A DNA stretch of 64,000 nt, taken from the NCBI RefSeq assembly GCF_000315625.1, contig NW_005434538.1, forward strand, positions 14,166 through 78,165. Reading direction: 5' to 3'. Within the stretch, counting starts at the first letter, position 1, and each line of letters starts with the position of its first letter. A model generated the notes under the pieces. That model saw only the letters and a list, made by a program, of their open reading frames with translations. It was not told the DNA's origin and searched no databases. Below are positions 22,030 to 37,941 of this stretch, one piece after another. The DNA comes from Guillardia theta CCMP2712. Its lineage: Eukaryota > Protista > Cryptophyta. The position numbers and the translations under genes were made by a program.

Positions 22030-23058
22030 GATCTGTTACCTTCATCTCATTTTGTTATTGTTAGAAGATTAGCGTACATTCAATGTACCTAAGGGAAACT
22101 CAGAAGAGTCTGACGTGAATGCTGTAACATAGGCAGTAGAAGAAGCAGGCTTGGACACGTTTCAGCAGCAAAAAGCAGCTGTCATGAGGGTCATTCGAAC
22201 TCAAACCAAGTCATCCTGGTTTCGCTGCTTTTGAAAGCGCGGAGAATACTTGTCGGACAAGATCCTAGCATGAATAGGATCAACATCACACATCATGCAA
22301 AATAGATTCTTGTTGATTAACGCGAGCTCCCTTGTTGCCAACCAATTTCATGAGATTGGTATCTCTTCGAACTCAGGACTCCTCCCGTCTCCCGCTCCTC
22401 TGCTGTGGGTGAAATCCCAGTACCTCAAAGAGAAAGTGCACTCCACCCCTCGCATCGACTCATTGGCGTCAGGCACAGAAATCTGCTCTGAAGGTAGGAA
22501 CGCCATGACAGTCAGACATGTCTGCCTTCAAACTGGGGACGGCATCCATGTCCAGGTGCGGGAAGACCTGGCAAAGAAGCTGCAGAGCAAGGCTTACATG
22601 TGACAGACTAAGCATTTCTTGGATAGTGTTTATCAAAACTTTGAGATGCACTTTTTGCAAATCAGCATTGTTTTACACGTAAAGATAGCTCCTTTGATGA
22701 CCAAAGACGCACTATCGACCCTCATCCATTCATCTCGTTACCTTGTGACAGCCTGAAGAAATGTGAGCAATTACGAAATAGAAATGGATCGTGAATGGCA
22801 GAAGAAGTAGGTGAAGGCCTAAAACATACACATTCTGATTTCCGAAATCCTTGGCTGGTTTGAGGATAGCTTCATAGTGCAAGAGCGCTCACTTCATGAT
22901 TCAGAGTATGTCCGAGAACGGCATCGGCGTAGTACATCCACCTCAGTAGCTGTTGACGCTTTCAGGTCGGAAGCTTGAAAATCAGAACGAAAATCCTGAA
23001 TCAGCTTGCTGTTCTCAATCTTTCCGTTCTCATCGTCTTTCCTTGTGTCGGAGGACAT
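22030..23058 (-). CDS. Hypothetical multi-exon protein
   Basis: ATG at 23058 opens MSSDTRKDDENGKIENSKLIQDF..., and further coding-like minus-strand segments lie between short intron-like pieces. The 3' end is uncertain. Confidence 0.3.
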
Positions 23059-23084
23059 ATCTGCCTTCAACCGGCAGTGCGCTG

Positions 23085-24044
23085 TGAGCCTGACTGCCTC
23101 AAGACCTATAAGCTCTCAGATTGCAGTGTGTGAGATCGTGGCTGCAGTGTCTGTTCGGACTCCGGCTGACAAGGCCGGGCATGATCCAGGTCTGTCCCCA
23201 AGTCAACGGACCCCGACCAGCGATAAGACGCGCCGGCAATTCGTACACATTCACAAGCAGCAGCACAACATCGACACCTTTCCTACTACAAGGATCATCA
23301 CTCCTTGCCATGGCTTACCTTACCTAATGGACAGCGACTATCTACTCCTTACAAACAAGGCGAGGAGGATACATCCGGCTCACTTTGGAGCTATTCAGAA
23401 CACAAGGTCAAACATTCCCGGGATGTCACTTTTGACAAAACATACTATTATTCCCCAAGAGTACTTCCATCAGGTCAGAACGACACGACACAGCGACACA
23501 ACCCATCGTCGAACGATGCTTTCACTTCGTCCGAAAGTTACTCCCGAACACGACCTCAGGCAAGACAACTTGAGTCCACGACACCATATTCACAGACTCA
23601 ACCACCAACACAGACGCAGTACTTCGTCAAACAACCAGGATCCACATGCCATCACTCGGCAACATTGTCAACAGATTAAGACCGACATTCAGCAACGATT
23701 ATCCTGCCCAACAAAACCATTCGACTCATGCAACTACCTACGGAGGAAGTTCGACTTCCCTCACGATCCAGCAGGACCGGCTGATCATACTGTTGAACTA
23801 CGGAACCCCAAGCTGACGAGATACATATCAGTTCAAGTGAGGCTCCGCTTCGGATCCCTCTACAATCATGCCCAACGACAACACGATCCCACTAATACCC
23901 GGCAGCGTCCACCGCAGACTCAGACGACACGCTCTCGACTCATCGTTCCGAGGATGACACCATGGGCCAAGTCTCAGCTAGAGGGGCCAAGTCTCAGCTA
24001 GAGGGGCACAACCTGAAACATGCGCTCGCTGCTGAGCCTGACTG
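23085..24044 (+). mobile_element. Possible decayed Ty1/Copia-type retroelement fragment
   Basis: The peptide LWSYSEHKVKHSRDVTFD resembles the Copia post-integrase ..SRDVxFDE motif. The strand is A/C-rich. The segment is flanked by the 12-bp direct repeat TGAGCCTGACTG (23085-23096, 24033-24044). Confidence 0.35.
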
Positions 24045-24559
24045 AGTCACCTGCTGGCATGGCGCGGATCATCATAGAGCAGCCATGCCGTGTGCGGTAG
24101 TTGTCAGTCCGCCGATTATCGTAGGGCAACTGAAGTTGAGGCGGGGGTGGTGAAATCCACCGGTACTCAAAATAGTCAAGATGATTGACAACTTTCGAGG
24201 ACTGTCAGAAGATACCCACCCCTCTTTCCCCAGAAGCCAGGAGTAAATACTACCGGTGGTTTTGTTCAGATTCTCTCACATGGGTGGGTAGGAACAGGGG
24301 GTGGTGACCGTGGGGAATTGTCAGGCGTTTTCTCGGAGATGGCCTTGTGGTTGGTGGAGGAGGAGAGGGGAGAGAGAAGGGAGAGGACAAGAGAACATTC
24401 CGATACAACGAAGATGCTAGAGATCAAGAACAATCCGGCCCTGATTCCTGTCTACTTTGCATGAAGAGTTCTGTGGCAGAAAACCGTGTCAGTTTCCATG
24501 CAGTTGACCACACGCTCTGAGAACAATACGCTGCTCCCTGCCGAAGAACTCTAGATACC

Positions 24560-28410
<3,851 letters not shown>

Positions 28411-28852
28411 TGAGAGGAGGAGAGAAAGGGAGAGAGAGGAGAGAAAGAGCAGAGAGAGGGAGTGGGAGGATAGGATAGGAGAGGAGTAGAGAGGAGGAGA
28501 GAGGAGAGGAGAGGTGAGGAGAGAGGAGCAGAGGAGCAGAGGAGCAGAGGAGCAGAGGAGCAGAGGAGCAGAGGAGATTGGGATAAAGATGAGGATAAGG
28601 ATGAGGACAGGAATAAGGATGGAGATAAGGAGGAGAGCCTGACGTGGGTCAATACAGCGAAGTTCAAAGGAAGGAAAGTGACGGACAGATCGACGGGCGT
28701 TGGGATAATCCAGCTGGATAGGAACCATCTCTCACCTGCCAATAGCATGATGCATGAAAGAAAGATCACCTCTGAAGTGGCTCTGTGAGGACTATGACGA
28801 TGATGACGATGATCATGATCATGATCATGATCATGATGATGGAGATGATGGA

Positions 28853-28883
<31 letters not shown>

Positions 28884-29687
28884 ATGATGATGATGGAGAT
28901 GATGATGATGGAGATGATGGAGATGATGATGATGATGATGATGATGATGCCGCTACTACTGCTGTATATGATGATGGAGATGATGATCATGATGGAGACG
29001 ATGATGATGTTGTCGTTGACAACTGATTGCAATGTTCGACTCGCCTGCCTTGACACCAACCAAGGTCGATGGAATCGAGGAAGTATTGTATCAAGTGCTA
29101 TGACCTGCTCTCCTGGAGCCATCGCTACATCCTCCGCAACGAGATCGCAGCGCAGATTGTGATATCCCCCCACATTCCTGAGAGGTGACGACAGTTATGA
29201 TTGCTTCCTTTGTCACTGTCGAAACCTTTCTCTCTCCTCGCTCCCTCCCCACCCCCCNNNNNNNNNNNNNNNNNNNNNNNNNNNNNNNNNNNNNNNNNNN
29301 NNNNNNNNNNNNNNNNNNNNNNNNNNNNNNNNNNNNNNNNNNNNNNNNNNNNNNNNNNNNNNNNNNNNNNNNNNNNNNNNNNNNNNNNNNNNNNNNNNNN
29401 NNNNNNNNNNNNNNNNNNNNNNNNNNTGGAGGAAGGCGGTGGAGAGCAGAGAACCTAAGGGCTTCGAGAACGTGCAGGCACATCAAATCAGCTCAAGCGG
29501 ACGAGACGCACGGCCGTCGGCTCACCGGGAGGCTCCCGAGCTGAAGGTCCGTATGCTCCACATACCCGATGATACGAGGGAAGGTGGAGAGCTCCTGCTT
29601 GTGTCCGCGGATGACGTCCTCTCCCTTATCCTTCCCTGACGTCTCCTTTCCTGCACTCTCCTCTATTATCGTCACCCGCCCAGCAGC

Positions 29688-30030
29688 CTATTAGAGCCCG
29701 TCCGCAACGCCTTCCTCCTCTACGGCAGCCAGTCCCCCGAGGCCATAGCCATCACCGAAAAATCCATCAACACTCTCCCCCTCGAGACCCTCTCTTCCTC
29801 TGTCGGCCCCATCCCAGAGCCAGTCCTTGCCGGCATCCTGTGGGACATACTTCAGCTTCTCAACAAGATGCACGACGTGTGCGGCTGCGTTCACAACTTC
29901 GTCGACGTCCGTTCCTTCCTCCTCAACTCCATCCATGGCGATCTCAAGATCACCAACTTCGCCTTCTGCTTCTTCCCTGGTCGCATTCCTGGATCCGATC
30001 TGAGATGCCGGTCAGTCTTTGTTGCCTGAG

Positions 30031-30068
<38 letters not shown>

Positions 30069-30182
30069 TCCTCCTCCTCCTCCTCCTCCTCCTTGTCGTT
30101 GCCCCTTCTGGTCGTCCTTCCCTCTCCTCTATCTGCGCATTGCTCTGACATTACTCGTTCTACTTTACCTCTCTTTACCTTC

Positions 30183-30222
<40 letters not shown>

Positions 30223-30614
30223 CCCTATCCCTCCTCCCTCTCCTTGTCCTCCCTCCTTCCTTCTTCCCTCCTTCACTCCTTCCCTGTCCTCGTTCGTTCC
30301 CTGTCCTCCTCTCTCTTCCTCTCTTCTCTCCTGCAGCACTACCGAGCGTTGGAAGGGCGACAAGAGAAAGTTCATGGGGCCGCTGCGCCTCAAGTCACCT
30401 GAGAGACTCTTGGGCCTTGAAGTTTCTTATCCCTCCGACATCTGGAGCTTTGGGGTCCTCGCTGCCTGGCTCGCCAAGGTGGACTTCTCCTCCTTCCCCG
30501 CTCTCTCCTCCTCCGTTCCTGTTGCTCCTCCTCCTCCTCCTCCTCCTCCTCCTCCTCCTCCTCCCTTTGTCTCTGTCTCCTGATTCTCGTTCTCTTCTCT
30601 TCCTGCACACGCTC

Positions 30615-30654
<40 letters not shown>

Positions 30655-32070
30655 GCTCCCTCCTCCCTGCCTCCTCTGCTCTGCATAAAGACTGTCATCC
30701 AGGGTAAGTTTCCACTTCCTATCGACCCTCAATCTACCAAGCTCGCGTTCAAGACGTTTGTCATCGAAGAAGCTGTACGGCCCCTCCCCGTCGACCCTGA
30801 AGGTTTCACTGCCACCATCTTCGATCACTCTTCCTTCCCCCCTTCTGTTGCTCATTCACTCCCTTCCTCTCGTTATTCTTACCCTCCTCCCTCGTTTCTG
30901 TTGCTCGTTTAATGCAAACTTGCCTCTGCTCCCTGCTACCTGCTCCGTGCTCCCTTCGTCCTCTTACCTCATCTGACAGATCCTGATCTCCCTAACACGA
31001 ACATGCGGATTGGTAACCCAGCAGACTTCACTCCCTCAGTGAGGAGGATCCTGCAGGTCAAAGACAAGCTCCTCCTCCTCCTCCTCCTCCTCCTCCTCCC
31101 CCTCCCCCTCCTCCTCCTCCTCCTCTTCTTACTCCTCCTCCTCCTCCTCTTCCTCCTCCTCCTCTTACTCCTCCTCCTCCTCTTACTCCTCCTTCTCCTC
31201 CTCCTTCTCTCCTTCCGTCCTCCTGATTCTGCTCCTGCTCTTCATGTTCCCGCTGCTNNNNNNNNNNNNNNNNNNNNNNNNNNNNNNNNNNNNNNNNNNN
31301 NNNNNNNNNNNNNNNNNNNNNNNNNNNNNNNNNNNNNNNNNNNNNNNNNNNNNNNNNNNNNNNNNNNNNNNNNNNNNNNNNNNNNNNNNNNNNNNNNNNN
31401 NNNNNNNNNNNNNNNNNNNNNNNNNNNNNNNNNNNNNNNNNNNNNNNNNNNNNNNNNNNNNNNNNNNNNNNNNNNNNNNNNNNNNNNNNNNNNNNNNNNN
31501 NNNNNNNNNNNNNNNNNNNNNNNNNNNNNNNNNNNNNNNNNNNNNNNNNNNNNNNNNNNNNNNNNNNNNNNNNNNNNNNNNNNNNNNNNNNNNNNNNNNN
31601 NNNNNNNNNNNNNNNNNNNNNNNNNNNNNNNNNNNNNNNNNNNNNNNNNNNNNNNNNNNNNNNNNNNNNNNNNNNNNNNNNNNNNNNNNNNNNNNNNNNN
31701 NNNNNNNNNNNNNNNNNNNNNNNNNNNNNNNNNNNNNNNNNNNNNNNNNNNNNNNNNNNNNNNNNNNNNNNNNNNNNTTTTCCTTCCTTCCTCCTCCTCC
31801 GTCCTCCTCCTCCTCCGTCCTCCTCCTCCTCCTCCTCCTCCTCCTCCTCCTCCTCCTCCTCCTCCTCCTCCTACCATGATTCATCTTTTTCTTCTCCTTC
31901 TTCTTCTACTGGTGCTATTCTCTTCCACCTCCTCCTCCTCCTCCTCTTTCATTGTCTTCCTCACTCTCCGTCAGTTGCTCAAGCATCGCTTCTTCCTCCG
32001 CTTCCGACCTGACGCCAAGGAGCTCAAACACTTCCTGCACCTCAACGCCCAGCGGTACGAGAGAGTCGAC
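29688..32070 (+). CDS. MAP2K/STE7-like kinase-fold protein, probable pseudokinase (multi-exon, spans a gap)
   Basis: Manual translation gives GPIPEPVLAGILWDILQLLNKMHDVCGCVHNFVDVRSFLLNSIHGDLKITNFA, then FMGPLRLKSPERLLGLEVSYPSDIWSFGVL, GKFP and LLKHRFF. Confidence 0.72.
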
Positions 32071-32071
32071 A

Positions 32072-32103
<32 letters not shown>

Positions 32104-32342
32104 CCTTCTGACTTCATTCATCAGAATTTCTATTTCATCCTGAATATTCTTTGAATGATATTCATGCAACAATCGATCACACATGATAAGACTGGAGGGG
32201 AGCAGGGAGAGGAGGGATAGCGAGGGTGAGAGGAAGGAGGACGGATAGGAGGAGCAGGAATGGACAAGGTTTGAGTTTAGTTTGTCTCCTAATTTACAGT
32301 TGAGAGGTTAGTCAGTGAGAGAGGAGGAGGAGCGACGAGTAT

Positions 32343-35300
32343 CTAGAACGAGAGAGGCTACAGCACATGTCAGCTCCTTCCCCAGCTCTCCTCCTCCTCC
32401 TCTTACCGCGTTATCCTCAAACAGTTTGTCGATTTGCTTCGAAGTCATCCCCACAACGGTTTCCAGCTACAGGGAAGCTGTCAGAACAATCTCGACGAGC
32501 AAATGCAGGTGGTGGTGGTAGTGGAGGAGGAGGAGGAGGAGGAGGAGGGAGGGAGGGAGGGAGCAGAGCAGAGCAGAGCAGAGCAGAGCAGAGCAGAGCA
32601 GAGCAGAGGAGGGTGTTACTTGGAAGCTTGTAAAATCTTTCGAGGGCTGTAAGCAAACATTTCTTCTCCTCTTCAAGGTTGCGCAAGATAGCCGCAGCAT
32701 GCTTGGAGTCATACACCATTTCGTCCACGACTTCCTGCACAGGCCGTGAGTGAGGAAAGGAAAGTCAGGAAGAGGCAGAGGCAGAGGGCGGAGGGAGCGA
32801 GGGGAGGGGGGGGGGGGGGNNNNNNNNNNNNNNNNNNNNNNNNNNNNNNNNNNNNNNNNNNNNNNNNNNNNNNNNNNNNNNNNNNNNNNNNNNNNNNNNN
32901 NNNNNNNNNNNNNNNNNNNNNNNNNNNNNNNNNNNNNNNNNNNNNNNNNNNNNNNNNNNNNNNNNNNNNNNNNNNNNNNNNNNNNNNNNNNNNNNNNNNN
33001 NNNNNNNNNNNNNNNNNNNNNNNNNNNNNNNNNNNNNNNNNNNNNNNNNNNNNNNNNNNNNNNNNNNNNNNNNNNNNNNNNNNNNNNNNNNNNNNNNNNN
33101 NNNNNNNNNNNNNNNNNNNNNNNNNNNNNNNNNNNNNNNNNNNNNNNNNNNNNNNNNNNNNNNNNNNNNNNNNNNNNNNNNNNNNNNNNNNNNNNNNNNN
33201 NNNNNNNNNNNNNNNNNNNNNNNNNNNNNNNNNNNNNNNNNNNNNNNNNNNNNNNNNNNNNNNNNNNNNNNNNNNNNNNNNNNNNNNNNNNNNNNNNNNN
33301 NNNNNNNNNNNNNNNNNNNNNNNNNNNNNNNNNNNNNNNNNNNNNNNNNNNNNNNNNNNNNNNNNNNNNNNNNNNNNNNNNNNNNNNNNNNNNNNNNNNN
33401 NNNNNNNNNNNNNNNNNNNNNNNNNNNNNNNNNNNNNNNNNNNNNNNNNNNNNNNNNNNNNNNNNNNNNNNNNNNNNNNNNNNNNNNNNNNNNNNNNNNN
33501 NNNNNNNNNNNNNNNNNNNNNNNNNNNNNNNNNNNNNNNNNNNNNNNNNNNNNNNNNNNNNNNNNNNNNNNNNNNNNNNNNNNNNNNNNNNNNNNNNNNN
33601 NNNNNNNNNNNNNNNNNNNNNNNNNNNNNNNNNNNNNNNNNNNNNNNNNNNNNNNNNNNNNNNNNNNNNNNNNNNNNNNNNNNNNNNNNGAGGAGGAGGA
33701 GGAGGAGGAGGAGGAGGAGGAGGAGGAGGAGGAGGAGGAGGAGGAGGAGGAGGAGGAGGAGGAGGAGGAGTCGACCTGAGTGGCGTCATGAAGAGGCTGC
33801 CATATCCTCCGTCATCCTGCCCGCTCGATCGCTGATCGTCTTGCTCGTACTGAACCTGCTTGGGCCAGTCAGCGACGTCTAGCAGAGCAAGGAGAGGCAG
33901 TACAGGTTTGTGTCTCGAGCTCCAGGCAGAGAGGCTGCCTCCCTGTAGATGTCGCAAAGTCAACAACCCCCAACTCACCTCCTCCTCCCAGTCCTCCTCC
34001 TCCTCAGGATCTCTCACTACCACCACCACCTCCTCTTCCTCCTCGTTCTTTCTCACCCTTCCTCCACTCCTTCGGAAGCAGTCGTCGTCTACCATCCCCA
34101 GCTCCTCCCCACGTGGAGGGGTCCGCCTGTCCGGCGTGTCGAAGAAGTTCGCTGGGGTCAGGCGTCAGAGATTGACAGGCCCTGAGCCAGCAGGGAGGCA
34201 CCTGGGATGACACCGTCGAAGAGGCAGAGGGAATCTCCCGAGGAGTTCAGCAGCTGGCGAAGAGCTGGGGGTCAGCAGGAGACACAGGTGAGCAGGAAGG
34301 GGAGATGACCTTGGAGAGAGGAGTGAGGGGAGTCATGCTCTCGTTTGACTTGCCGAGGGCGCTGGAGCACAGAGAGAGTCAGAGAATATGGAGCAAGGAG
34401 GAGGAGGAGGAGGAGGAGGAGGAGGAGGAGGAGGCTACAGATGGAGGAGGAAGGAGATTGAGTACCTTCCGAAGAAATCTCCTCCCTCGCTCTTGCGCTG
34501 TGGCGTCTTGGCCAGTGAAAGTTCCATGGAGCAAGATAGGATGGTGCCTTCATCCCCCTCTTTCACCGGGTTTGTGTCAGCCTGAGGTTCAGCCTGAGAT
34601 CAGTTTTGAGGAGGAGGAAGAACTCGATCGCTACCTTGGTCATATGGTGAACCACCTCTGTCGGTCGAGGGTAGCTCGTCGTCCTCTCAACCTTGGGCTG
34701 AACGGGTGGGGCTGGGGCTGCCTTGAAGGGATCGGCATGGTAGGGGATCAAGGATGGTTTCTTGTTGGCGGCCATCTTTGCCTTGCTGTCTTCCACCTTC
34801 CTCTTCTTCGAGTTCTGCAGCACACACCAGTCACACTCCTCCTCCTCCTCCTCCCCCCCCCCCCCCCTCATCCGCTTCTTACCTCCTTGTTCTGCTGCAC
34901 TTGTCTGTTCATCATCACGTTGTTCATCTGCAGATCTCTCCATCCCGCCTGCTTCCCCATCGTCGTCCCCATCATCCCAGCCAGTGCGTACGCCCGGGCG
35001 TCCACCCCGACCCTCTGGGTCCCCATCATCCCCCCCTTCCCGTACCCGCTGCCTACTTGGCTGTCGTTGCCGGTCTTGGCGGACCCGCGAGCCTTGTTGG
35101 CGTAGCAGAGGGAGTTGTGCGTGTCCTGGTAGAACTTGGGGTGGGGCGCTATACACGTCATCACCATCACCGAGGACGAAGGGTTCATCGAGTCCTGCAG
35201 CAGCTGAGTGATCTTGGTCTCCTTGTAGGGGATCTGTGCTGCGTGCGAGTTGAGAGCGTGGAGGACGGACCCGAGAGACTGGAGGGAGTGGCTGATGCAG

Positions 35301-36233
35301 TTGGTGTCCAGGTTCTTCGACTGGCTCCCTCCCTTCTTCCCGTCCTCGTTCCCTGCCAGATCCACGAAGTTCAGCTTGCCGTGATGTGCTTCTCCGTTGA
35401 CGACCCTGACGGGCCGGAGGGTCACGAGCAAGTGATGCTTCAGCGAGCGGTTGGTCGACTTGAGGAAGGACATCCTGTCCTCCTTGGCTGTCTGATAGAC
35501 CTTGAGGAAACTCTGGTAGGAGTCCACCCGGGCACGGCAGGGATCCGACGGCCCGTCCTGCCCGTCGAAGAGTTCACGAGCACCGCTGTCAAGGAGGTCG
35601 TACGCCGTGTTGTGGTGAACTTCGACGAGAGAGAACTCAAGGTATGAGTTGTTGGGATCGCATTTCATCTCGTTCAAACAGGCGCTGCCGCAGCTCCTGG
35701 CGTTCCCTTGGAAGAGATCCAGGAACAATTTGACGGATCGAACTAGCATCCCAGGATGGGCATCATTCCCCATCAGCGTGTGAGTCTTCCCTGATCCAGA
35801 CACTCCAAAGGCAACAACAGCCGCGTTGTTACCTGCCAAGACTTGTTCGATCATCGGCTCGAGCTCCGTCTGAAAGATATCCTCCTGCGTCGAGGCTGCT
35901 GTGTACAACCTGAGAAACTCTTAGCAATCGATCGTGTGCAAGAAAGGAGTAAGTTTGAGAGAGAGAGCATCATGGCATATTGAACAACAATCGAGAAGCT
36001 GAAGACAAGTTGTCTCACCCGTCAAACTGGTAGATCATAGATCCGCGACCTCCTCGTGGGTCATTCAGCTGAAGCGCCCTCACGCCATTGACGCTTGCAA
36101 TCTCCGTGCAGCATCTTGTGCTCTCGGACGGGAGAGCAGGGCGAACTCTGCAGCAGACACGTGCATAGTTCCTCCTCCCTTCCCCTCGTCCAGCCTGCAT
36201 CGCCGCTCCCTTCAACGTGCCGACGTTCGCCAT
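32343..36233 (-). CDS. Kinesin-10 (KIF22/Kid-like) chromokinesin with C-terminal HhH-like motif
   Basis: RVCCRVRP, YQFDG|LY (intron 35910-36018), P-loop GVSGSGKT, switch II DLAGNED, IPYKETKITQLLQDS, IAP...FYQDT. A late exon reads LETVVGMTSKQIDKLFEDN, similar to the KIF22 HhH tail. Confidence 0.88.
32820..33689. other. Assembly gap (others at 29258-29426, 31258-31777, 55437-55536)
   Basis: N runs, mostly next to low-complexity tracts. Confidence 0.99.
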
Positions 36234-36610
36234 TGCCAGCCGGCCGTTAACACGCCAAATTGAATTCCACGCCCCTTTGAGCGATTATTACTCAACTATC
36301 CTCACCCCTACCCCCCTACTAGACCGATAAAACACCCCATCAAAATTAACCCCTACCCCTACAGGCTCGTGCACATCGGAATGATTGTACACCACCCCCC
36401 ATATTCGCAGGAATTAGACCCCACCTTTCCGTGTTAGGTACCACGGGGCTCCATTTGTACCCCGACCCCACCCCTGCCCATCACTTCAAATTCCTCTGTG
36501 AGTTTTTCGGTAGAGCTGCTAGTAGAAGTAGGTTGCTGCCTTTACTGCCTCCTATTTATCTTACCGAGGCGGACTCTTTGTCGGATTCAATTCGTCGGGT
36601 AAAGCACAAG

Positions 36611-36810
36611 TCAGATGCCCGTTCTACAGCTATCATCGTGCTCAGTGTAGTCTGATGCTTGTTCTACAGTCATTATCGTGCTACTGTCTGTTCTACAGCT
36701 ATCATCTTGCTCTGTGTAGTCTGATGCTTGTTCTACAGTCATTATCGTGCTACTGTCTGTTCTACAGCTATCATCTTGCTCTGTGTAGTCAGATGTCTCG
36801 TATACAGTTT
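36611..36810. repeat. 69-bp tandem repeat (two exact copies plus partial flanks) with internal GTTCTACAG subrepeats
   Basis: Units at 36652-36720 and 36721-36789. Confidence 0.9.
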
Positions 36811-37346
36811 TTCTCTTGCTCTGTGGTGGGTTTGCTCGTCGTACGTGTCATGCCTGAGTTGATGCTTTCACGATGAAATCCTTCATTTGATCATCGCGAC
36901 CCACCTGAGGATCTTATTGTGCTGGTTGGCACACGAAGATGCTGATTGCGAGATTGTCAGCAGCGCTAGCAGCATCTCAATCGTCAACGGCGTGTTTTCT
37001 GCATTCCGTCATCAAACTAGAGCTTGCATTCATTTCGCTGAAGATTTCTCGCAATGTCGGCCATTGACGTCAAGAAAACTTGAACGGCTCTCCAAGATGT
37101 GCTGCTGACAGCAAACAGACAGTCAGAGGTACAACGGCCAGTCAAGTGTGAACCACCATTGCTTACTGTTGTACGAACAACTGAGCGTGGTTTTTTCCAT
37201 TCATGACCGTGAATGGCTCATGGGAGCATTCTAGACTTCCAGTCAAACTCCAACAAATTCAAAATTCTATCACCGCGTCTGTTGCACACACCATATCACT
37301 TTATTGGTGAATCTGATTAATCCTATTGTTGGGAAACTCAGAAATA

Positions 37347-37736
37347 TCAATCCTTTTCTTGCTTCAAGAGATCGTGAACTGAAATAAAGTTCTTCCCATC
37401 TCTGTTGATATACACACTTCGCAGTTTCTGTCCTGGCGCTGACCCTGAGGCATCTCCATCATCGACTCCGGATCGGAAGAATTCCAACACATCTGCGAAT
37501 GTTTTGCCTTTCTCTTCTATTTTCCCCCCTTCAATCACTTTGCCTTCCCTCTGCTCAGATGTCACTTGAAGTTTCCACACACCTTCCTCTCCATGTTCAA
37601 AGCTCACCGCCTCTTGCTTCGCCGGACGGTATGATATGTTGTCACCCACCCGCACTGCTCCTTCTTGGAACTTCCTCTTCCACTTTTCTATCCTCCACAA
37701 GTCTCCCTGCTTCTCGGCAGCTTTACCCTGCAACAA
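37347..37736 (-). CDS. Terminal exon of GREB1-like protein copy 2, probable RAMA-like domain
   Basis: Paralogous to 9855-10226, with a 6-aa longer loop. Confidence 0.6.
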   Translation of the reverse strand: MLQGKAAEKQGDLWRIEKWKRKFQEGAVRVGDNISYRPAKQEAVSFEHGEEGVWKLQVTSEQREGKVIEGGKIEEKGKTFADVLEFFRSGVDDGDASGSAPGQKLRSVYINRDGKNFISVHDLLKQEKD

Positions 37737-37941
37737 ACGTCAGCAGCGACTGACTGACAGCCTCGCTCTCACCTTCTTCGCAGGACTCTCCCCTACCGGA
37801 GGTTCAGAGCTCTTCCTCTTCTCCGGCTCCTCAGTCTTGGGCTTCTTGGATGAGTCGCTGCTCTCCTCCTCAGCCTGTGGCTTCGCCTCCTGCTGCTTCG
37901 CCTCCTGCTGCTTCGCTTCATCTGCCTCCTGCTGCTTCGCT

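Noticed and set aside
17783-22045. Short antisense and alternate-frame ORFs within ABCG and the duplicated locus
   Set aside because: Shadow ORFs of long coding exons. Their recurrence in both copies only reflects the duplication.
23006-24001. 331-aa ORF as a real gene
   Set aside because: Non-ATG start and an H/T/R-biased composition that reflects strand skew. The only recognisable motif lies in another frame.
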